From the NCBI GenBank assembly GCA_937893795.1, contig CALCTH010000409.1, positions 1-61,330 on the forward strand: 61,330 nucleotides of DNA, read 5' to 3'. The notes under the pieces are model-generated. The model ran no database searches and had not been told where the DNA came from. It saw only the letters and a program-made list of their open reading frames with translations. Below, in pieces: positions 18,889-26,029 of the stretch. The translations under genes were made by a program, and so were the position numbers. How positions within the stretch are numbered: the stretch's first letter is position 1; each line of letters opens with the position of its first letter. Origin of the DNA: an uncultured Myxococcales bacterium. Lineage in GTDB: Bacteria; Myxococcota_A; Polyangia; Polyangiales; Houyiibacteriaceae.

Positions 18889-20454
18889 GTGAGCGTGACT
18901 CCCCGCCGCGACGTCTACGCGAACCTCCTCCGCGACACCCGCGGGCTCCGGCGCGAGCAGGCGCGAAGTCGGGACGGCTGGTACGAGGCGCTCCCCTGGG
19001 ACCGCAAGGAAGCGTCGCTCTTCGAGCTGGAGATGCTCCTCAAGGGCTTCGCGTGCTTCGGCAACGCGCGAAACCACCCGGGGCCGCCGAGCACCGAGAC
19101 GCCCATCGGCCACGACTTCCACGCCGAGCTGCTAATGGCACGCGACGCGCTGGCCCAGGCGATCGTGCGCGTCCGTGAGCTGCTCGGTGAGCGCGAGAAG
19201 GCCTACGTCTTCAGCCGCTACCTCGAATCCGTCGTCCCCGCCGACGCGCTCCGCAGCCGCCTCGTCAAGGAGCAGCTCAATCAGGACACGCCCGACGAGT
19301 CCCTCTTCGTGCTCCGGAACACCTTCGGGAGCTTCCTCGAGATGGCCGACGGCATGCTGCGTCTCGGGCGCGTCTCGCATCGCCACTACTTCGCGCTGCT
19401 CGGCACGGTCACGCGCGAGATCTCGCGGAACACCTACTTCAACCCGCTGGTGGCCCTCGAGTTTCGGCCCGAGCTCGACCGCATTCGCCACGCCGAGGTC
19501 CTCGAGGCGCTTCACGGCGCCCACGACGCCGCGCACCGCAGCGTGGCCCTCACCTACCTCACGCTCTTCCGGGCGCTTCGCTACCTCGACCTGGTCGACG
19601 AGTACGCGAGCGCGCCGGCAAGCATGGGCCGGAGCTACCTCATCCTGGCGGTGCTGCGGAGCGATCTCCGAGCGCTCACGCGCTTCCTCGGCGCGGGCGC
19701 CGGCGCCAGCATGGCGGACGGCTTCGAGCGTCTGCTCCTCAAGGTCCCGGCGGCCGCCGTCGGGGAGATGGAGAACGCTCTCGCCGCCGACGCCGGTCGG
19801 TTGGTGTCGCTTCGGAGCACGCTCGAGGGTCTCGCCAACGTGCTCCGCGTGGAGGTACGTCAGGTGCTCGAGCGCGAGCTTCCACGGGCGCGCGACGCCG
19901 CGGACGATCCCGAGCTCGGCACGCGCCTCGTGCTCGCGACGGCCGCGCTTCGGGGCACGCTTCATCACGCGCTTCGTCAGCTCACGATGGAGCTCCGGCC
20001 GAGCGACGCGACGCCGCTCCTCGCGAGCCCCGGGGACGCAGAGCGCATGGCGAGCGAGCGGCTCCGCCGGGACATCTGGATGTTCGCGCAGATTCTCCGG
20101 GCCTTCCTCGCCAAGGCCAGGGCCGCGCCCAGCGAGGGTGATCGCTGGTCCGCGAGCGGGAGCTTCCACTTCGTGAAGGAGTTCCTCGATCACTTCCGCG
20201 CCATCGGCTACCAGCTCGTCCGCGCCAGCGACTACACGCGCATGAGCGACTTCCTCGCCGCCCTCGACGGGCTCCGCGACGTGGACCTGCTCGAGCCCCG
20301 GCGCCTCGAGGCCGCCGTCGCCGAATGCGAGGCCTTCCGCACCTTCCTCGAGACGCTCTTTCGCGAGGTGGGGCAGCGCAAGGAGCTGCGTGCGTCGCCC
20401 TTCGCCCGCCACGCGGCCGCGGACACGCTCCGGATCTACCTCGGCGCCGCCTGA
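18889..20454 (+). CDS. Hypothetical all-helical protein (521 aa)
   Basis: Long ORF with normal amino-acid composition and no recognisable catalytic or nucleotide-binding motif. Its 3' end overlaps the convergent glycosyltransferase by 19 nt. Confidence 0.65.
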   Translation: MSVTPRRDVYANLLRDTRGLRREQARSRDGWYEALPWDRKEASLFELEMLLKGFACFGNARNHPGPPSTETPIGHDFHAELLMARDALAQAIVRVRELLGEREKAYVFSRYLESVVPADALRSRLVKEQLNQDTPDESLFVLRNTFGSFLEMADGMLRLGRVSHRHYFALLGTVTREISRNTYFNPLVALEFRPELDRIRHAEVLEALHGAHDAAHRSVALTYLTLFRALRYLDLVDEYASAPASMGRSYLILAVLRSDLRALTRFLGAGAGASMADGFERLLLKVPAAAVGEMENALAADAGRLVSLRSTLEGLANVLRVEVRQVLERELPRARDAADDPELGTRLVLATAALRGTLHHALRQLTMELRPSDATPLLASPGDAERMASERLRRDIWMFAQILRAFLAKARAAPSEGDRWSASGSFHFVKEFLDHFRAIGYQLVRASDYTRMSDFLAALDGLRDVDLLEPRRLEAAVAECEAFRTFLETLFREVGQRKELRASPFARHAAADTLRIYLGAA

Positions 20455-21548
20455 CGGATCGCGTCGAGGGTGCGGCTCGCCGTCGCGTCCCAGGTGAAGG
20501 TGCCGCGCACGTGCGCGCGGGTGCGCTCCCGCGCCGAAGCCAGCGTCTCCGGCGCCTCCATGAGCCCCCGGATGCGCGCCGCGAAGGCCTCGGCGTCGCC
20601 GCTCGGCGCAAACCAGCCGTTCACGCCCTCCGCGATCACGTCCCGGATGCCTTCGAGGTCCGCGGCGACCGTGGGCAGGCCGGAGGCGCCGGCTTCGAGC
20701 ATGACGATGCCGAAGCCCTCCATGTCGCCGGGCACCACGATGTTGGGCATCACGAAGAGCGCGCCGCGGGCGTAGAGCGAGAGCAGGCTCGCGTCGTCGA
20801 TCTTCCCGAGGCAGCGCACGCGCCCGCCCATCCCGACCCGGGCGATGGCGGCCTCGATGGTCGGTCGCTCGGGGCCGTCCCCCGCGAGCCAAAAGTGCGC
20901 GTTCGCGGGCAGCCTCGGCATGACGTTCTCGACGAACCAGGCGAAGCCCTTGCGCTTCACCTGGCGGCCCACGGTCACGAGCAGAAAGGCGTCGTCGGGG
21001 AGCGCCGGAGCGCCGGCGACCCGCCCGGTGGCCGGTGCCGTGAAGCGCCCGACGTCGACGGCGTTGGGTACCACCGTCACCCGCCGGCGCGGGGCGCCGC
21101 GCTCCTCGAGCTGCGCGGCCGTGGCACGGCTGACCGGGAGCAGGGCGTCGAGCTGGCGACAGAGCTGCCGGATGGCGGCCTGGTAGACGGGCTGCGGCTC
21201 CGTGACGTCGAGGCCGTGGGCGATGGCCACGAGCCGCGTCCCCTGGCGCCGGAGCGCCCGCCCGAAGAGGAGCGCGGGAAGCGCCGTGGTCATGCTGGTG
21301 AAGAGCACGGCGTCGGCCCGGTGGCGTCTCGCCTCCGAGAGCAGCCGAGGCCCGAGCCCCAGGAGGAAGGGCACGGCCTTGCGGTGGACCTCCTTCCAGC
21401 TCGCGCGGAGGGCGAGCGTCCGCAAGGTCACGTCATCGCGCGCCCCGAGGGCGGCGTGCAGCTCCGTGGCGACCCGCTGCATGCCGCCGACGTTGTCCAG
21501 GGGCGCGCCCTCCGGCGGGAAGGAGTGGGACGCGAAGAGGAGGCGCAT
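20436..21548 (-). CDS. Glycosyltransferase family 4 (GT-B fold)
   Basis: 'MRLLFASHSFPP...GGMQRV' N-terminus and the C-terminal 'EGFGIVMLEAGASGLPTVAADLEGIRDVI' E-x7-E region. Confidence 0.85.
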   Translation of the reverse strand: MRLLFASHSFPPEGAPLDNVGGMQRVATELHAALGARDDVTLRTLALRASWKEVHRKAVPFLLGLGPRLLSEARRHRADAVLFTSMTTALPALLFGRALRRQGTRLVAIAHGLDVTEPQPVYQAAIRQLCRQLDALLPVSRATAAQLEERGAPRRRVTVVPNAVDVGRFTAPATGRVAGAPALPDDAFLLVTVGRQVKRKGFAWFVENVMPRLPANAHFWLAGDGPERPTIEAAIARVGMGGRVRCLGKIDDASLLSLYARGALFVMPNIVVPGDMEGFGIVMLEAGASGLPTVAADLEGIRDVIAEGVNGWFAPSGDAEAFAARIRGLMEAPETLASARERTRAHVRGTFTWDATASRTLDAIRQAAPR

Positions 21549-21587
21549 CGCCCGGGTGATGCGCTGCGGGCTCGTCCCGCGCCAGCG

Positions 21588-22454
21588 CTATTCGGAGCGC
21601 GACGTGGCGGGGAGCTCCACGGTGCCGCTGAACACCCGGCGGGCCGGCCCGCGCATGCGTACGGGCTGGTCGCGCTCTCCCACCGTCAGCACGAGGCGTC
21701 CCCCCGGCAGGTCGATGGGCAGGGGCCGGCCGCGCGCCCAGCGCCCGGTCTCCACCGCGGCGACGGCGGCGGCGCAGGCTCCCGTACCGCACGCGCGGGT
21801 CCAGCCGCTGCCGCGCTCGAAGACGTGAAGCGTCATCGCGTCCGGGCCCATGCGCCCGAAGCCCACGTTCACGCCCTCCGGAAAGCGCGGGTCGGCGCCG
21901 AGGGCCGGCCCGAGCACGAGGCGCTCCTCGCCCACGTCGTCGAAGGACACGAGGTGCGGGTTGCCCATGCTCACCGCCGTCGCCTCCAGCGTGCGTTCAT
22001 CCAGCGGGAACGCGCCGCCGATCAGGGGGGCCTCGAGGACCATGGGAAGCGCCTCCGGGGCGAGGCGCGGCACGGCCATGGCCACTTCCACGTTCACGCC
22101 GTCGGGCGAGAGCGTCACCTCGTGCGGGCCGGCGTCCGTGCCGATGGTGAGCGCGTCCCCCGTGGCGCCGAGGTAGCGCGCGACGCAGCGGAGGCCGTTG
22201 CCGCACATCTCGGCCGCGCTCCCGTCGGCGTTGCGCACGACCATGGCCGGCGCCGCGTGGTCCACGAAGAGCACGCCATCCGCCCCTACGCCCGTGTGCC
22301 GGTCGCAGAGCGCTCGAACCCGCGCCGCGTCCGCCGGCGTGAGCCCCGCGGCTCTCGCTTCGGCGGTATCGACGACCAGGAAGTCGTTGCCGAGGCCTTC
22401 GTACTTCGCGAAGCGCACCCCGGGTGCATAGGCGTCTCGGCACGGCGGCGCCAT
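21588..22454 (-). CDS. dapF: Diaminopimelate epimerase
   Basis: 'FAKYEGLGNDFLVVD', catalytic 'MCGNGLRCVARYL', 'MGNPHLVSF' and second catalytic Cys 'ACGTGACAAAVA'. Confidence 0.92.
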   Translation of the reverse strand: MAPPCRDAYAPGVRFAKYEGLGNDFLVVDTAEARAAGLTPADAARVRALCDRHTGVGADGVLFVDHAAPAMVVRNADGSAAEMCGNGLRCVARYLGATGDALTIGTDAGPHEVTLSPDGVNVEVAMAVPRLAPEALPMVLEAPLIGGAFPLDERTLEATAVSMGNPHLVSFDDVGEERLVLGPALGADPRFPEGVNVGFGRMGPDAMTLHVFERGSGWTRACGTGACAAAVAAVETGRWARGRPLPIDLPGGRLVLTVGERDQPVRMRGPARRVFSGTVELPATSRSE

Positions 22455-22514
22455 GGCGCCCTGCCTCGCGCCTTTCGTCGCCAGCGAGGGCGCCTTTCGC
22501 TACATTGGTAGGTC

Positions 22515-23864
22515 ATGAGACTTCGCTTCCTTTGCCTCGCCCTGGCCCTCACGGCCTGCGGTGACGACGACCGGATGGCCGGCCCCGACATGGGCGCCGA
22601 CCTCGGCGGGCCCGAGATGGGCGCCGACGGGTCCACCGACGCGGCCACGGACTCCGGTCTGGATCTCGGCCTCGACCTCGGCCCGCCGGTGGAGGTCAGC
22701 TACGGCTGCACCGACGACGTCGGCCTCGACCGCCCCCTCGAGGGCTGCGTCCCCGAGCGCCGCTGCCCCAACGTCGACCCGCTCCCCTTCACCATGGCGC
22801 GAGACGACGGCATGGAGCCGGACCCCTACCGAGAGGCGAGCCCGCTCCCGCTCTGCGAGTCCAACACCGCGGCCATCGAAGCTGGCCGCTTCGCCGTCTC
22901 CGACGGGGTGCCGCGCATGTACGACATCGACGGCGTCGAGCGCTACGCCTGCGTGGCCGAGCCCGAGGGGGGCGAGCCGGGTCGTCCCCGCGGCCTCGTC
23001 GTCTTCCTCCACGGCCTCGGTGGCTCGGCGCAGGACGTCTACCTCGAGACCAACCTTCGCTCGCAGGCGGAAGACCGACGCCTCGGGCCCCTGGGTACGC
23101 CGAGCGGGTTCTACCTGGTCTCGCTCCAGGCGCGGAACGTCCACGGGCCCAACGCGACGGACGGCCCGCACTGGGATCACACCTTTCGGGACCTCTACGC
23201 GGACGCTTTCGAGGGCGACACCATGAACCCCGACGTGCGCTACATCGACCGCGTCATCGACGCCGTCGTCGCCGACTTCGCGGGTGACGTCGATGACGAG
23301 CGCATCTACCTCGTCGGCTGGGACGACGGTGGCGAAATGGCCCTCTTCTACGGCCTGATTCGCCACGACACGCCGACGGCCGCGGGCAACCGGGTCGCCG
23401 CCGTGGTGACCTTGGGCGCCAAGGATCCCTTCGTGCACGAGGCCGAGACCGAGGAGTCCTGCGGGCTCATGACGCTCCCGACCTCGACGCTGCCGATTCA
23501 GTACATCACGCGAAGTTGCGACACGGTGGCCTGCGACACGAACCAGCTCATCGATCTCAACCGGGGGACCCCCGTGCAGCTGCCGCCGGGGAGCGACGCC
23601 GAGGTCTTCGTGCGTCGCCTCGAGGTCCAGGGCGCGAACGACAACGTCGAACGCATCATCCTCGGCCCGCGCAACGGTACGGTGCCCTGCGCGAGCTCGA
23701 GCGCTTGCTTCCGGCGCGCCGCCGACGACGAGCCCGACCGTGACGCCACCCGGCTCCATCGCCGCTGGATCGACAACGTAGGCAGCGAGACGAACAACGA
23801 CTTCGAGCCGAGGCTCCTCGACTTCCTCGCCGACAACCCGCTGCCCCTCGACGACGTGCGTTGA
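22515..23864 (+). CDS. Secreted lipoprotein, alpha/beta-hydrolase (LpqC/PHB-depolymerase-like esterase) fold with an atypical nucleophile elbow
   Basis: Lipobox 'LTACGDDD'. 'RGLVVFLHGLGGSAQDV' oxyanion-type segment. The elbow reads 'IYLVGWDDGGEMALFYG' (G-W-D-D-G at 23316-23330) where G-x-S-x-G is expected. Confidence 0.5.
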   Translation: MRLRFLCLALALTACGDDDRMAGPDMGADLGGPEMGADGSTDAATDSGLDLGLDLGPPVEVSYGCTDDVGLDRPLEGCVPERRCPNVDPLPFTMARDDGMEPDPYREASPLPLCESNTAAIEAGRFAVSDGVPRMYDIDGVERYACVAEPEGGEPGRPRGLVVFLHGLGGSAQDVYLETNLRSQAEDRRLGPLGTPSGFYLVSLQARNVHGPNATDGPHWDHTFRDLYADAFEGDTMNPDVRYIDRVIDAVVADFAGDVDDERIYLVGWDDGGEMALFYGLIRHDTPTAAGNRVAAVVTLGAKDPFVHEAETEESCGLMTLPTSTLPIQYITRSCDTVACDTNQLIDLNRGTPVQLPPGSDAEVFVRRLEVQGANDNVERIILGPRNGTVPCASSSACFRRAADDEPDRDATRLHRRWIDNVGSETNNDFEPRLLDFLADNPLPLDDVR

Positions 23865-23913
23865 GGGCGTCGGAGATGGCCTTCCAAGCGGCCGCCGAGA
23901 CCGCGCTTCGGGC

Positions 23914-25983
23914 TCAGGGCACGGTCACGGTGACCGAGTCGGTGCTGGTGCGGCCGAAGTCGTCGGTGACCTCGAGCGTATAGGTGGTGGTCGCGCCGGG
24001 CATCACGTCGAGCGTGCACTCGCTCCCCACGGTACCGGCGCCGTCGCTCCACGCGCAGGTGAGCGGCGGGACGCCGAGCTCGGCCCCGCCCTCGAGGGTG
24101 GTGCTCTCGCCCGCGGCGAGCGTCCGATCGTCGCCGGCCTCGGCCTGGTAGTCCGCCAGCGACGCCAGCCGGAAGTCCCCGAAGGCCACCTCCTGCTGGG
24201 AGTTGCTGAAGAACGCGAAGCCCCCGCGCGGATAGCTCGAGTCCGTCACGTCGAGGGTGGCGACGAGCGTCTCCGTCGACCCCGTCATCTCGTCGTCCTC
24301 GAAGACGAAGATCTTGGTGCGCGCTGGCGTGTAGAAGAACTCGAAGCGGTAGGTGATGAGGTCGCGCCAGCCGCCCGTGAACGCCCCCGGGTCCGCCGGG
24401 CTCACGAGGAAGATGGTGTCGTCGCTCAGGAGACCGGCGTCCGCCCGGTCCGTCGACCACGTGTCCGCGCAGAGCTGCACGTAGTCCGTGATGTTCAGGT
24501 CGCGCCCCATGTCGAAGGAGATGGTGTCCGGGGCGTCGAGGGCGCCGTCGATTTTCTTGATCGCGATGCCCGCCAGCGCGTTCCCGCAGGCGCCGCCGAG
24601 GCTCTGGTTCCGCTGCTTCCAGGACAGCAGATAGTACTGCGTCGGGTCGCGCCAGCCCCAGACGAAGCCGATGAGGTCGTCGTCGGACGTCGTCTCCACC
24701 GAGATGTTGCCCGTGATGCGCACGTTCTGAACGTCGAGGTCGCTCAGCACGATCGAGGGGTCGGCGTTGCGCACCTGCCGCCGCGCGGTGCCGGTTTCGT
24801 CGCAGACGTAGTTCGGGTTCGCCGGCGAGGGGAAGCTCTCGGCGTCGAGCACCACGACGTTCCAGCCGCAGAGCTGGGCGGGGCGGTCCACGACGAAGAC
24901 CGTGGCGCTGTCGGTGTTCGCCGCGCCGGTGCTCGTGTCCGTGACCGTGAGGAAGTACTGCGTGGTCGCTTCGGGCGTCACCGTCACGTCGCAGCTCTCG
25001 GCCAGGAGCGTGCCGTCGGAGAGGCGCCACTCGCAGGCGATGCAGCTCGTGTCGGCGCAGGATGCGCCGGCCCAGCTGCCGGAGAGGATGGCGCTCTCGC
25101 CGCCATTCACGTTGGCGTCGTCCCCGGCGTCCACGAGGAGCGGCACGACGGTGATCTCTGCGCGATCCGTCGCCATGAGGCCGGAGGCGTCGGTCACCGT
25201 GAGCGTGAAGACCGTGTCGGCGGCGACGGTGGCCGTCGTCGTGCATTCGGTGCTCACGGTCTCGTCCACGTCGTTGGTCCAGGCGCAATCGAAGCGGCCG
25301 TTGAAGCCGACGGCGCTTCCTTCGAGCGTGACGTCCGAGCCCATCACGATCTCCTGGTCCGGCCCCGCGAGCGCACGCAGCAGTGGGCACCCGTCGTCCT
25401 CGCAGAGCGAGCAGGTGAAGCCCGTCTCGGGTGCCGGTTGGTCCGTGCACGTGGTGCCGGCGAGGCAGGGCGCGTCGGCGCAGCCGTCGATGTCGGTGCA
25501 GGTGACGCCGTCGCCTTCGAGACCGCGGGGACAGGCGTCGCAGGTGAAGCCCGAGCCCGGCGCGGGCACGTCCATGCAGGCCACGCCTTCGAAGCAGGGC
25601 GCGTCGGCGCAGCCATCGACGTCCGCGCAGGCTTCGCCATCGCCGGCGGTTCCGTCGGGGCAGTCGCCGCAGCTGAAGCCGGTGCCCGGTGCGGGTACGT
25701 CCGTGCAGGCCACGCCGGTGAAGCAGGGCGCGCCGGCGCAGCCATCGATGTCGTCGCAGCTTCGGCCGTCGCCCTCGGTACCGTCCGGGCAGGCGTCGCA
25801 GGTGAAGCCTCCCTCGTCGTCGGGCACGCACGATCCCTCGACGAAGCAGGGGCGGTCGAGCACCTCGCAGGGGCTGAGCTCCTCCATGGGCCCGTCGTCT
25901 CCGCACCCGGCGAGCGACACGGCGAGGAGAAAAAGAGAGGCGGCGCGGGGCGCTGCCTGGCGAGGAAGGCGCAAACCGAGCAT
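23914..25983 (-). CDS. Thrombospondin-like lipoprotein: four EGF-like Cys-rich repeats, PKD-like modules and a TSP C-terminal (L-lectin-like) domain
   Basis: Lipobox 'LAGCGDDG'. The 43-aa repeats read 'C.D(I/V)DGCA.APC..G..C.D.PAPG.GF.C..CP.G..GDG..C'. 'AGPDQ/AGDD...TVTD' modules are PKD-like. 'SDDDLIGFVWGWRDPTQYYLLSWKQ', 'WRDLITYRFEFFYTPARTKIFVF' and 'GGFAFFSNSQQEVAFGDFRL' parallel human TSP-1 '[24 protein letters not shown]', '[23 protein letters not shown]' and '[21 protein letters not shown]' (from memory). Confidence 0.7.
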   Translation of the reverse strand: MLGLRLPRQAAPRAASLFLLAVSLAGCGDDGPMEELSPCEVLDRPCFVEGSCVPDDEGGFTCDACPDGTEGDGRSCDDIDGCAGAPCFTGVACTDVPAPGTGFSCGDCPDGTAGDGEACADVDGCADAPCFEGVACMDVPAPGSGFTCDACPRGLEGDGVTCTDIDGCADAPCLAGTTCTDQPAPETGFTCSLCEDDGCPLLRALAGPDQEIVMGSDVTLEGSAVGFNGRFDCAWTNDVDETVSTECTTTATVAADTVFTLTVTDASGLMATDRAEITVVPLLVDAGDDANVNGGESAILSGSWAGASCADTSCIACEWRLSDGTLLAESCDVTVTPEATTQYFLTVTDTSTGAANTDSATVFVVDRPAQLCGWNVVVLDAESFPSPANPNYVCDETGTARRQVRNADPSIVLSDLDVQNVRITGNISVETTSDDDLIGFVWGWRDPTQYYLLSWKQRNQSLGGACGNALAGIAIKKIDGALDAPDTISFDMGRDLNITDYVQLCADTWSTDRADAGLLSDDTIFLVSPADPGAFTGGWRDLITYRFEFFYTPARTKIFVFEDDEMTGSTETLVATLDVTDSSYPRGGFAFFSNSQQEVAFGDFRLASLADYQAEAGDDRTLAAGESTTLEGGAELGVPPLTCAWSDGAGTVGSECTLDVMPGATTTYTLEVTDDFGRTSTDSVTVTVP
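25387..25869 (-). repeat. Coding tandem repeat, period about 129 bp (43 aa), nearly 4 copies, encoding EGF-like modules
   Basis: Cys spacing repeats at C76/C119/C162 of the encoded protein, and the DNA copies are visibly similar (gcagccatcgacgtc / gcagccatcgatgtc / gcagccgtcgatgtc). Confidence 0.8.
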
Positions 25984-26029
25984 GCGCCATCATACCTTTG
26001 ACTACACGTTCCGTAATGGGGGGGGGCTT

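Noticed and set aside
20436-20454. 19-nt overlap of the convergent 3' ends (521-aa gene and GT4 gene)
   Set aside because: Both stops are unambiguous. Convergent overlaps occur in compact GC-rich genomes, and there is no evidence of a frameshift or fusion.
25387-25869. Regular about 129-bp DNA repeats, considered as a possible CRISPR-like or non-coding tandem array
   Set aside because: The repeats are contiguous with no unique spacers, lie in frame inside a long ORF and encode Cys-patterned EGF-like modules. This is a coding repeat, not CRISPR.
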